DNA of 64,000 nt from an uncultured delta proteobacterium (GTDB lineage: Bacteria > Desulfobacterota > Binatia > UBA9968), in the NCBI GenBank assembly GCA_963847445.1, contig CAWJZV010000042.1, positions 128,001 to 192,000 of the forward strand, written 5' to 3'. This document shows, piece by piece, positions 10,030 through 20,317 of this stretch; within the stretch, counting starts at the first letter, position 1, and every line of letters starts with the position of its first letter. The notes beneath the pieces were generated by a model. It worked only from the letters and a program-made list of their open reading frames with translations, ran no database searches and was not told the origin of the DNA. Both the position numbers and the translations under genes were made by a program.

Positions 10030-11104
10030 TTACGTTTGCCTAGCTTTCCGTGCCGCGGCGATGTCGCCTTCGCTCAGGCGATAGAACCTTACCGGGTTGT
10101 CGCAGAGCATTTTCTTTCTGAATTCATCGGTCAGGTCTTTGCGCGCTTTTAGCGTCGGCAGGTCGCCGCCGAACTGGTCGCGTTCGCGCTCGTGGGGGAA
10201 GTCGGAGGCCCACATGATGACGTCGTCGCGCAGCAGTTTGACGACGTAGGGGGCGGTGCGTTCTTCGACTTCCATGGTGACGAAGATGTTGCCGCTTTCA
10301 AAAAAATGGCTCGGCGGATGCTTCAAGCTGCGGCGCCAGGCGGGCGGCGAATTTTTCGTAGTCCTCTTCCATGCGATCCATCATGAACGGCACCCAGCCG
10401 GCGCCGGCTTCCAAGTAGGCGACGCGCAGCTTGGGAAATTCCTGGAATACGCCTTGAAACATCATGTTGGTGATGTGGAGAAACAGGCCGACGGGATGCT
10501 CCAGCATATGGGCTTCGAGAAAACTGGCGACGCGGTCGAGGCCTAAGTTTTGGCTGACGCCGCCGTGGATCGTCAGCGGCACGTCTAATCTCTGCGCTTC
10601 GTCGTAGATCTCGTGAAACAGCGGCGAACCGTAGAGCGGCGTGCGGTTGTTGGTGGCCGACGGCAACAGGCCGGCGACAAAGCCAAGTTCTTTGACGCAG
10701 CGGCGCAGTTCCAGCGCGGCGGCTTTGGGATCTTGCGGCGCGAGCAGGGCGACGCCTTTCAAGCGCGGCGATTGACTCATGAAGCGATCGTAGAGCCAGT
10801 CGTTGTAGCCCTGCGCCAGCGCGGAAGCCCAGGCGGGCAGTTGGATCATGCCCAACGCCAGCGCCGAAGTCGGGTAGAGCACCGCCATGTCGATGCCATG
10901 CTCGTCTTGAAATTTTATCCAGCGCTCGGCGTCGGGATCTTCGCGCTTGCCTTTGCGCGCCAAGCCGCGCTGCCAGCCGTCGGCGTCGAACATCGGCCAA
11001 GTCGAGTGCCAGTTCATCTCGGCGAAGTTGCCTTTGATGTGGGCGAAGATGTCTTTGTGGTCTTCCATGATGTGGCCGTCGGCGTCGATGATGAATTCTG
11101 CCAT
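10030..11104 (-). CDS. Amidohydrolase 2 family protein; frameshift ~10310
   Basis: IIDADGH, VLYPT, YNDWL, LEAGAGWVPF, ASDFPH. Confidence 0.9.
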
Positions 11105-11159
11105 GTGTCGTTAGTCTCCTAAGGTTTCTGTTATGTCGGTGTAACGCGAAAATCCTGAT

Positions 11160-11247
11160 TCACCACGAAGGCACGAAGGACACGAAGTTCGGAGAAGTTT
11201 TCACTGTCTTTTACTTACCTTCGTGATCTTCGTGCCTTCGTGGTGAG
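11160..11247. repeat. CACGAAG-family inverted tandem repeat (also 16796-16873, 40849-40905, 50998-51080)
   Basis: caccacgaaggcacgaaggacacgaag ... cttcgtgatcttcgtgccttcgtggtg. Confidence 0.85.
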
Positions 11248-11277
11248 ATGTCTCCTGTTCCGAATCGTTGGTTGAAC

Positions 11278-12316
11278 TCACTGCATGAAGATCTTCTGAT
11301 ATTCCTTCTTCTTGGTTTCGTAGTCTTCTTTGGTGAACTGGTACATCTGCACGAACTTGATCTTGTCGGCGTCTTGGAGCGGCGGATAGACGCCTTTGCG
11401 GTTGACGAATTCGCCGGTGTCGGCCTGAATTTTCATGCTCTCCTCGTCGAGAAAGAAATCGATAAAGGCTTTGCCGGCGTTGGGGCGCGGCGCTTTGGCG
11501 CCGATGTTGATGTACTGCCCGTCGCCGAGCATGTTGTAGTCGCGCATGTAGTCGAGATTGGCGCCTTGTTTGTTGTAGGTCAAAACGAAGCGCGCGAAGG
11601 TGATGCCGATGGGCGACTTCGCCGCTGCCGACTTTGTCGGCTGCCGGCACGATCGACTCGGCGAAGATCGGTTTGGCGGCGGCCAGATCGCGGATAAATT
11701 TTTCTGACTCGTTGCTTGGGCATGATTTTGTCCAGGCTGCGCGAGCCATTGGGTCGTCAGTGTGTGGTTCGACCGGGTGGGGCATGACCAATTTGCCGCG
11801 ATATTCCGGCTTGACGACGTCTTCGAGGGTCTTCGGCGATATTCGCCGGCCTTGATGCCGGCTTTGTTGAAGATCACGCCGTACAGGACGTTGCGATAGC
11901 GCGCGCCCAGAACAGGATCGATGGCTTCTTTGGCGAAGGCTTTGAGCGAGGGAGATTCGTATTTGCGCAATGACACCCTCGTTGGCCATCAGTCGCATGT
12001 GATCGCCGGTGATGGCGACCACGTCGAAGCCGGGCTTGCCGACGCGATGTTCGCTCAGCACGCGGTCGAGGACTTCGGTGGAGCCGCCGCGCCAGTACTC
12101 CATCTGGATGCCGGTCTTTGTTCTCGAAGGCGGCTTCTTCAGGGCGTCGGCGGTGAAGGTTTCCATGGAGGTGTAAAGAATGACCTTGCCGCCTTCTTTC
12201 TTCGCCGCGGCGATCGGACTGCGCCGATTGACCGAAGGCAGGTTGACTCGTTTGTTAGGACGAAGCAACCGATAATTAGCGCTAAAATCTGTTCGCATCG
12301 AAAATTCCTTTCCCAT
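11278..12316 (-). CDS. ABC substrate-binding protein (Fe3+/polyamine-type); several frameshifts
   Basis: AAKKEGGKVILYTS, GAKAPRPNAGKAFIDFFL; pieces in three frames. Confidence 0.75.
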
Positions 12317-12414
12317 GACAAAATCACTGCTCGACAGGGAGATTTATATGGTACGGGTCGCGGTGGAGTCAAGGTCGGGAAGTGGTTCATGTTTGGCTTC
12401 TGACGACGCGTTGC

Positions 12415-12478
12415 CGTAGGGGCAGGATCTTGGGTGTCTGCCCGCTCGGACGGGCGACCGCTCAGGGTCGACCCTACA
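12415..12478. repeat. REP-like GTAGGG...CCCTAC palindrome (related at 23095-23119, 40975-41002, 53985-54008)
   Basis: gtaggggcagg...gtctgccc...gggcgacc...gggtcgaccctac. Confidence 0.7.
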
Positions 12479-12504
12479 GGAATCGCAACGGAATTATTTG
12501 CCCG

Positions 12505-13490
12505 CTATGCGTTTGAAGAAGCCTTCGCGTTCGAGTTCGTCGATGATGCTTTCGTCGAGGTAGCGGCTAGATGGTCATGTCGACTTTGACACCGGGGTTG
12601 CGCTGGGCGGTGATTTCCAGAGTGTTGCGCAAGCCTTCGTGGGAGACCCGGGTGGGGAAGGCGAAGCTCTTGCCGAAGTATTGATAGGTTTCTTCGATGG
12701 CTTTGGGGTTTTTGAAGCGAAGCCACTTGGCGAGCACGGCGACGGCTTTCTCCTTGCTGTTCATGAACTGGTAGACGCCTTCGGCGTAGGCCTGTTGAAA
12801 ACGCTTGACGGTGTCGCGATTTTTTTCGACCCAGCTGCGGCGCGCGACCATGACGTTCATCGGAAACGACGAGCCTTTGACATCGCTCATCTTGGCGAAT
12901 TCATGCATGCCGTGGCGGAACGCTTCGTTGATGTCAGGGTAGGAGAGCATGGTGCCGTCGATCGCTTTGGCGGTGAGCGAAATGATCCGCGAGGCCGAAT
13001 CGCCGGCGGGGAAGATGGTCACCGCCTGGCGCGGGATGTTCCAGGCTCGTCAGCGCCAGAAATGTCGCTGTCTCGGTGGCGCCGCCGACGGCGAGGACGC
13101 CGATCTTCTTGCCGACTAAGTCCTCCGGTTTACGGATCTCTTTCTGGGTGATGAAACTATAGGGAAACTGAATTGAGCGTGCCCGAGATCATTACCAGAT
13201 CGGCGCCTTGATTGATCGCATTGACCGCCGTGGCGGCGTCGACCTGGGCGAGCTGAATGCTGTTGCCTAATAGGGCCTGAAGCTGGCGCACCGAGCCGGA
13301 GAGAAAAACCAGATCGCCGTTGAAGCCATATTTTGTAAACAAGCCGAAGTCTTTCGGCGCCCAGACCGGCGCTTGAAAGCCGGCAAAGCCGGCGTAGGCT
13401 ACCAGATGAGTTTCTTGGGCGCGGGCGGAAAACGGCAAGAGCAGGACAAGTAAATAACCACGGTCAACAGTTTGCTTCCAGGTCGATGTA
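12505..13490 (-). CDS. NitT/TauT-family substrate-binding protein; frameshifted, garbled ~13020-13160
   Basis: AYAGFAGFQAPVWAPKDFGLFTKYG; VARRSWVEKNRDTVKRF. Confidence 0.7.
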
Positions 13491-13535
13491 CCTGCGCTCC
13501 AATCTCGCTGAGATGGTTTCGACTCAGATGCAGTT

Positions 13536-14279
13536 CTACGTCCAGCCGCGCGTCCAACGCTCGCCCTTCTTGATCTTGTCGGCGAAATAGTTCCACTCGG
13601 CCGAGTGATACATCTCGTCGCGCGGCCGGCGAAAAAGTTTTTCTCTGCTGCCGGTGAGAGTTTGAATCGACTCCTGGGTTGGCCCTTGATAGCCATGCAG
13701 GCCAGCGATGGCGACGATTTTCGCTGTGCGCTCCATATAGAGTGCGTTGATGCAGGCCTCGTCGATACTTTCGCCCACGGTCACGATGCCGTGGCCGTTG
13801 ATCATCATGCGCTGAAGCGTTCCCCAAACTCTTAGCGAGTTCCGCGCCTTCGGATTCATCGAGAATGTAAATCGGCCGCGGAAAGATCGGCGTGCCGCCT
13901 TTGAAGCGCGAGGATTGCATGTGGACCCAGTCGATGGGTTTTCCGCCAAGCTCAAGGCGACGCACATGGACGCGTGGCAATGGACCGCGGCGTTGACATC
14001 GGGCCGCGCCTTGAAAATCTCGCTGTAGATGACCGCTTCGCGCGGGATCGTGCCGACACCGCGCAGTTTCTTGAGAGAATAGTCAAAGTGAACTAACCAG
14101 TCCTTTTTCACGCCCTCGGCGCGGCGAAACATCTGCACAGCGATGCCCTTGTCGTCTGGCAGACGGACGCCGACATGGCCCCAAATGTCGCCGATCTCCC
14201 ATTCCAAGATCTTCGCGGCGATGCGCAATTCTTCTTCGGCGGTTTTGATCACGGCGCGAGTCGGTGTTTTCTGTTTCAT
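13536..14279 (-). CDS. Class II aldolase/adducin family protein
   Basis: WGHVGVR, IFKARPDVNAAVHCH, INGHGIVTVGESIDEA; internal compensating frameshifts. Confidence 0.85.
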   Translation of the reverse strand: MKQKTPTRAVIKTAEEELRIAAKILEWEIGDIWGHVGVRLPDDKGIAVQMFRRAEGVKKDWLVHFDYSLKKLRGVGTIPREAVIYSEIFKARPDVNAAVHCHASMCVALSLAENPSTGSTCNPRASKAARRSFRGRFTFSMNPKARNSLRVWGTLQRMMINGHGIVTVGESIDEACINALYMERTAKIVAIAGLHGYQGPTQESIQTLTGSREKLFRRPRDEMYHSAEWNYFADKIKKGERWTRGWT

Positions 14280-14311
14280 TGAATATTCCTAGCTGTCGAT
14301 TGAGTTGGCGA

Positions 14312-15596
14312 TCACGACGCGGCTTTCTTGCGCGCGGCGTAGGACATCGGGTTTTCTTTTTGCGCGGTTCCGGTCAAAAACTCAAACTTCTTTTGCCAAG
14401 GCAGATTGCGCGGCACCAAGTGGGCGAAGCAGTCGATATGCGGGAACCAATTCCTTTGCGCGTCATATACTAAATGCGGCGGCTCTTTGCCGGTCTGAAG
14501 CTCCTTGGCGGTGGTGAGCAGGAATCTGCGCACGGCGATGACCGCCTTGTCGCTGACGCCGAGATGTTCTTTGGTGCGGTCGAAAATTGCGCCCATGCTC
14601 TCGGTGGCGCAGCCATCGTGATTTAAAAAATCGTCGATGCCGGTAAAGCTCAAGGTTTTCTGCTTGTGCCGGTCTTGCAAATAATTGTTTCGCGCGTTGC
14701 GCACTTTCGTGTAATCCGGGATTGATCTGTTTGCGCCGGTGCACTTCGTCGTCGCGCACCGCACGGCCGCGATGAAAGCCGATATCGTAGCGCCAGCAGT
14801 GGGTATCGTCGGCCGGCACATAGGTGTGAATCTCGTAACCTTCGAGCTCGTTGGTCTTGCGGCCGGCCGGGACGCAGCCGTAGACCGGCATGACGAATGC
14901 CGAGAAGCGGACGTAGTGCTGCTCCTCGAAATTGCGCGTGGCGATCAAGCGCACGCCAAAGTCGGTGTCTTCGGTATCATAGACCGGCGCGGGATCGCCT
15001 TTGTAGACCGGCTGGTTGCTCTCGTTGGTAAAGCTGCGGTGTAGAAACGACAGATGCGACGAATCGCATTCGCCTTCGAGACCCTGGAGATAGTTGCATT
15101 CCAACAAACATTTGGTCACGTAGGAATATTCCAGCGGCACCTGGGTCCATTCGTAATTGGGAAACAACGGCAGCTTTTCGCGCGGGCCGAGATAGGCGTA
15201 GATGACGCCGTTGGCTTCGTGGGTCGGATAGGCGGTGTGATGGAGCTTCTTGGCGAAATCGCTGCCGCCGGGCTCGGCGGGAGTTTCCAAAACGTTACCG
15301 TTCACGTCGTACTTCCAGCCGTGATAAACACAGCGCAGGCCGCACTCTTCGTTGCGGCCAAAAAATAGCGAAGTGCCGCGGTGGGCGCAGTGCTCGCCGA
15401 TCAGGCCGATGCGGCCCTGGCTGTCGCGGAAGGCGACCAGCTCCTCGCCCATTAATTTTACTCGCACCGGCGGGCAGTCGTTTTGCGGAATCTCTTCGGA
15501 CAACAGGGCGGGCACCCAATAGCGCCGGATCAGATTGCCCATCGGCGTGCCGGGGTTGGTTTGGGTGATTAAATCATTATCCTCTCGGGATAGCAT
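14312..15596 (-). CDS. Rieske non-heme iron oxygenase alpha subunit (phthalate 4,5-dioxygenase-like); frameshift ~14725
   Basis: CAHRG...CVYHGW Rieske motif, EGECDSSHLSFLH Fe site, EHLGVSDKAVI. Confidence 0.9.
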
Positions 15597-15615
15597 TCTT
15601 AGCTCCTCAGATATT

Positions 15616-15705
15616 CGTTCAAGGGTTCAAGGTTCAAAAGTTCAATCGACGGATGTTCAAATGGTTCCAGCATGTTCCAAAGGTTCCAATGTCAGCTGTC
15701 CAATG
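15616..15705. repeat. GTTCAA-family short tandem repeat (also 23048-23095, 25405-25502, 32205-32245, 35092-35165, 49686-49725)
   Basis: gttcaagggttcaaggttcaaaagttcaatcg; inverted ttgaac arm present at 25474-25502. Confidence 0.8.
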
Positions 15706-15741
15706 GTCCGAGATTCGCGCAACGATTCCTGCTGATTTCCA

Positions 15742-16716
15742 TTACGTGTCGAGTGTGCCGGCGGCGAAGATGTCGGCGTAGGTTGGGGCTTTGCGGATCA
15801 TGCCTTGCTCGACGTTGTATTTGATAAAGGCGTCGATGGTCGTCTGGTTGGCTTTGATGCCGTGCTTCCACGGGTCGCCCCACTTGGCCATTTGCTCTTT
15901 GAGTTGTTCGCGCAGGTAGACGACCGAAAAGCCGCCGCGGTCGCTCAAGATATCGTCGTAGGCCAAGGCCTTGGCCTTTTCAAAAGCGGCGTAGAATTTG
16001 GCTGCAAGCTCCGGGCGCTCGCGGTCGAGTGTGCGGCTCATGACGATCATATGCACCGGGGTGTAAATGCCGGTGTCGTTGTAGAGGTCGAGATCTTCCT
16101 GGACGTAGTCGGGAAAGAGCCGCTTGATCTTTGGATGGTTTTCCAGATTCTCGAACATCTTGGTGTCGGAAATGTCGGTGATCAGCGCGTCGAGCTCGCC
16201 GGCGATCAACCGCTGCGCCATGTTCTTGGTTTCGTCGACATAGTCAATCTTGACCTCGTTGTCGTGCACCGGAAAAACTTCTTTGGCTTGCAGCACCCAC
16301 TGGACGTTGGAGAAGTCGACGCCGTGACGTTCCTTGAGCAAACCGCGCGTCCAGACGGTCAGCGCGGTGCGATAGGTGCGCGAGCCGATGCGTTTGCCGG
16401 CAAGATCTTTGGGCGTGCGGATGGCGGCATCGGCGTGACAGAAGATCAGCTGATAGGCCGGCTTGCGCTTGGAGAAAACCGGTAAGCCGATTATTTCCCA
16501 GCCCGCTTCGATGGCCGGCAGGAAGTAGCCGATGTTCAAATCCATCAGGCCGAAGTCGCCGGCTTTGAGCTTGGGATCTTCTTTGTTGATCATCGACGAG
16601 GATTTGACCGGGTTGAGCGTGACGCCGTCGATGGGAACGCGGCCTTCGAGCAGCGGCAGGGTGATGTCGTAGCGCATTACGGGGAAGTCGATTGTGATAG
16701 GTGAATAGGTGGTCAT
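15742..16716 (-). CDS. 4,5-dihydroxyphthalate decarboxylase-like protein (SBP fold)
   Basis: RYDITLPLLEGRVPIDG, LPVF, PKDLAGKRIG, WTRGLL, GIYTPVHMIV, WGDPWKHGIKAN. Confidence 0.75.
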   Translation of the reverse strand: MTTYSPITIDFPVMRYDITLPLLEGRVPIDGVTLNPVKSSSMINKEDPKLKAGDFGLMDLNIGYFLPAIEAGWEIIGLPVFSKRKPAYQLIFCHADAAIRTPKDLAGKRIGSRTYRTALTVWTRGLLKERHGVDFSNVQWVLQAKEVFPVHDNEVKIDYVDETKNMAQRLIAGELDALITDISDTKMFENLENHPKIKRLFPDYVQEDLDLYNDTGIYTPVHMIVMSRTLDRERPELAAKFYAAFEKAKALAYDDILSDRGGFSVVYLREQLKEQMAKWGDPWKHGIKANQTTIDAFIKYNVEQGMIRKAPTYADIFAAGTLDT

Positions 16717-16912
16717 GACGAATTCATCCATGGCTCGAAGGTTGCGGTCTGTCAAGGGCTCGTGGGCGCGCTGCGCTCTATGCGAATATCCTATGCACCA
16801 CGAAGGCACGAAGCACGAAGGGTTCGGAAGGCTAAGTCTCCGAACTTCGTGCTCTTCGTGCCTTCGTGGTGAAAAATCTTTCCCAATCGGTTGCGGCTGT
16901 GCCGCGCTGAGA

Positions 16913-18055
16913 TCACTGTCGTGGCGCGAGGGTTTCGAGCTTCGCTCTCAAGAGCTCCGGCTGGCCATGCTGCTTCGAGAACAACCGGTTTAGTTCCGTG
17001 GCATTGACTTCGGCCAAGGTGGGCGGATTCCAGCGCGGTTGTTGATCTTTGTCGATCAAGCGCGCGCGCACGCCTTCGCGGAAGTCCGAGCTAGCGCAGA
17101 AATTGAGCGCCATGTCCCATTCACGCAGGAAGACATCTTTCAATGGCAATCCTCGGCCGCCGGTGATCTGTTCGAAGATTGCCCATGCTGAGGTCGGCGA
17201 GCCGGCGCGATAGCCGTGAATCGCCGCGCTCATCCATTCGTCGTCGCCCTGCCACAGGCGCATGGCGGCGTCGACGGCTGCGATGTCCGGCTGCAGGGTA
17301 ATTTCCTTGATGACGGAATGGCGCTTCATGACCTCGGATTGGTCTGGCTCGACAGTGTCCGCGAACTGCCGCAAATAGTCGCGCAATATTTCGCGGTCCT
17401 TGGCCATCTCCCGCGTCCATGGCAAATGAACTAGGCCGTCGAGAACTGCGCGCTTGCGCTCGGCGCGGATGAGCAGGTCGGCCATGCCGATGCTGACGGC
17501 GTCGGCGCCGTTGAAGCGCGCCGAGGTGAGCCCCAAGAACATGCCCACTCCCTCCGGCATGCGATTCAAAAAATAACTGCCACCGACATCGGGAAACAGG
17601 CCGATGGCGATCTCCGGCATCGCCATATGGGTGCGCTCGGTGACGACGCGGCAAGTGGCGCCGTTCATGATGCCGATACCGCCGCCCATGGTGATGCCAT
17701 CGGCCCAACAGAGCAGCGGTTTCGGGTAGCTGTGGATTAGATAATCGACGAAATACTCATGGGAGAAAAAATCGGTGCCGATTCGGATATCCGCACTGGC
17801 GTTCAGTTGCGTCACCAATGCCTTGACATCGCCGCCGGCGCAAAAGGCTTTTTCCGAATCTGCGTGCAGCACGACACAGACGATATCGGCGCGTTCGCGC
17901 CATTCCAGGAGTTTGCGCTCCAGTACCTGGAACATCTCCAAGGTCAGGGCATTGAGCGCCCTCGGGTTATTCGGCGCTAGCAATCCAATGGCGCCGGTAG
18001 CGGTTTGCTGCTCAGTGATCGATACGGCGGCGATCTGCGGGGTATGCTCGGTCAT
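16913..18055 (-). CDS. 3-hydroxyisobutyryl-CoA hydrolase-like enoyl-CoA hydratase/isomerase
   Basis: [55 protein letters not shown]. Confidence 0.9.
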   Translation of the reverse strand: MTEHTPQIAAVSITEQQTATGAIGLLAPNNPRALNALTLEMFQVLERKLLEWRERADIVCVVLHADSEKAFCAGGDVKALVTQLNASADIRIGTDFFSHEYFVDYLIHSYPKPLLCWADGITMGGGIGIMNGATCRVVTERTHMAMPEIAIGLFPDVGGSYFLNRMPEGVGMFLGLTSARFNGADAVSIGMADLLIRAERKRAVLDGLVHLPWTREMAKDREILRDYLRQFADTVEPDQSEVMKRHSVIKEITLQPDIAAVDAAMRLWQGDDEWMSAAIHGYRAGSPTSAWAIFEQITGGRGLPLKDVFLREWDMALNFCASSDFREGVRARLIDKDQQPRWNPPTLAEVNATELNRLFSKQHGQPELLRAKLETLAPRQ

Positions 18056-18209
18056 GGCGGTTACTCTCAAAGTCAGGTGGAACAAAATTGTTAGACAATG
18101 CCCAGGGCTTCATCTTTTGTGTCCGGTCGGCACCTGGGCGGTTTTGACACGCTATCGTAATTCGGTGACAATTCAACCACTTGCCTTAGCCACACGCCGC
18201 TCAACAAGC

Positions 18210-18225
18210 TGGCATATTGATTGCT
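18210..18225 (+). promoter_or_regulatory. Putative sigma54 (-24/-12) promoter
   Basis: TGGCATATTGATTGCT: GG-N10-GC, close to consensus, 45 nt upstream of ATG 18270. Confidence 0.7.
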
Positions 18226-18269
18226 GTACAGAGCAATCGAGCCGTAATTCTAGGACAGAGAGGGACAAC

Positions 18270-18512
18270 ATGGAAGCTATGGAATTGGAAGCTGTGGAAG
18301 TTTTGGAACCTGTCGTCACCAACGAAGTAAGCGCAGTCTATGACATTCACTACGAAAACGCGACTTTCCAGGCGGCGGTGTGCCACCGTTGCGGCGCCAA
18401 GATGTTCCCAGTGGAGCTGCTCGAAGCGCATATGGATCGCCACCAACTTAAAGATATGTTCCTCGAGAGCGAGCTCAAGAAGCTCCAGTACGCAATGAAT
18501 CGAATGCGATAG
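18270..18512 (+). CDS. 80-aa protein with C2H2 zinc-finger motif
   Basis: CHRC-GAKMFPVELLEA-H-MDR-H (C-x2-C-x12-H-x3-H); GAGAGGGA upstream. Confidence 0.75.
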   Translation: MEAMELEAVEVLEPVVTNEVSAVYDIHYENATFQAAVCHRCGAKMFPVELLEAHMDRHQLKDMFLESELKKLQYAMNRMR

Positions 18513-18524
18513 GCTGACGATTTC

Positions 18525-18640
18525 GCCGGCTCCGGCCGGCAACCTGTGTTCCCAGGCGCAGGCGTGGATTCCTCCTCGGTTCACGCTTGCGGTATCATCC
18601 CCAGGGTGTCCCCGATAAGGGGACACCCTTCCCTTAAAAA
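18525..18640 (+). ncRNA. Candidate structured 3'-UTR RNA with CCUCCU loop plus terminal hairpin
   Basis: Hairpins gccggc/gccggc, cgcaggcgtgga-ttcctcctcgg-ttcacgcttgcg, agggtgtcccc/ggggacaccct. Confidence 0.4.
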
Positions 18641-18789
18641 ATCTCCCATATTTCAAGTTCTTTGCGATTGCGCCACTGCGTTGGCTGATTTGCCATCGGT
18701 ATGGCGATGCGTGTGACGGCGTCTGTGGCCCGTCAAATTGACTTCAAAGTTTCGCCTTGTTAACCAATGATGTCCTGGGAGAATCACTA

Positions 18790-19828
18790 TTGAAAGCCGT
18801 TCGCATGCATGGTTACGGCGGCGCGGAGCAACTGTTTTACGAAAGCTGCGAGCCGCCGAAGCTAACCGAACCCAACGAAGTCATCGTTAAGCTCAAGGCC
18901 GCTGCGCTCAATCACATAGATATCTGGAACCGCATGGGCGCGACGGGGATCGACGTCGCGATGCCGCATATTCTCGGCGCCGACGGCGCCGGCGTAGTGG
19001 TCGAGACCGGCGCTAAGGTTGAGAACGTCCATGTCGGCGACGCGGTCTGTCTCTATCCGCCGACCGGCTGCGGCCAGTGCGAATTTTGCCGCACCGAGCG
19101 GGATTTTATGTGTATCCGGCTGCGCGTGCTCGGCGAGCGGCTCGAGGGCACCTACGCCCAATATGTGAAGCTGCCGGGGCAAAACTGTTTTCCGATCCCC
19201 AACGGTTATTCATTCCACGAAGCCGCGGCGTTTCCGCTGGTGTTCATCACGTTGTGGCGCATGGCGATTACCAACGCGGCGCTTCAACCGGGCGAGACCA
19301 TGCTGATTATCGGCATCGGCGGTGGTGTGGCGAGCGCAACTCTGCAAGTGGCCAAACAGATCGGCGCCCGGGTGATCGTCACCTCAAGCAGCGATGCCAA
19401 GCTCGAGCGCGCCAAGAGTCTCGGCGCCGATCACGGCGTCAATCATCACCGAGAGAGTTTTGTCACGGCGGTGCAGTCGCTGACCGATCGGCGCGGCGTC
19501 GATGTCGTGCTCGATTGCGTCGGCGGTGCAAGTGTGGCGGCAGAGTCTGGCTTCGCTGGCGCGCGGCGGCAGGTTGGTCACCTGCGGCGCCACGGCGGGC
19601 GGCCAGCCGCAAGACGACATCGCGGCGATCGTTGCCAAGCAGTTGAAGATTTACGGCTCGACGCTGGGCAGCCGCCGGGAATTTTTTCAGCTCATCAGTT
19701 TTCTCAATGCGACTAAGATCAAACCGATTATTGACAGCGTATTCCCGCTCCGTGAGGCGGCCAACGCGCAGCGCTATCTCGAAGCAGCGAAGCAGTTCGG
19801 TAAGGTGGTGTTGGAGATGCCGGACTGA
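18790..19828 (+). CDS. Zinc-binding alcohol dehydrogenase/MDR family; frameshift ~19530
   Basis: PHILGADGAG, CGQCEFC...C structural Zn, GIGGGVA, GGRLVTCGAT, FGKVVL. Confidence 0.9.
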
Positions 19829-19909
19829 GAATTGGCGCGGCGCGGCGCAGCGATTGTTCCTCTGATTCTAATCGATTGGCGGCGCCGTGGATTGGCGCCG
19901 ATCCGCGTC

Positions 19910-20221
19910 TCAATCAGTCTCGCCGTCAAAGCGATTGCGGTAGCGCCGGTAGTCTTCGCGCTGGCGCATGACCTCCGCTTTTCCCAACGGGTCGTAATTA
20001 CAGGGTCCGTAGAAGTCGATGATATCGCCCTCGCTGGGATCTTTCAGCTGGGGACGGTCAAAATGAAGGGTATTTTCACGGATCGCCGGGAACTTGAGAT
20101 GGCAAGATTGTCCCGAAGCATCGGGGCTGCGCGAGATGACGCCGTCGGCAGCCCAGAGCACCGAACTGGATAGCAGCAGTGTGCCAGCGAGAAATTGAAT
20201 GGATCGAATTCGACTGTTCAT
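19910..20221 (-). CDS. Small secreted hypothetical protein
   Basis: Signal peptide; CHLKFPAI...IIDFYGPCNYDPLG; GAAAGGAG RBS. Confidence 0.7.
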   Translation of the reverse strand: MNSRIRSIQFLAGTLLLSSSVLWAADGVISRSPDASGQSCHLKFPAIRENTLHFDRPQLKDPSEGDIIDFYGPCNYDPLGKAEVMRQREDYRRYRNRFDGETD

Positions 20222-20317
20222 AAACCGCTCCTTTCAGACAGCGAAACAATTGATCGCGATGTCAGTTATCCTACATCAGGACTTGCCCAGGTGATAGACC
20301 CCCCGGTGCGCTTACGA

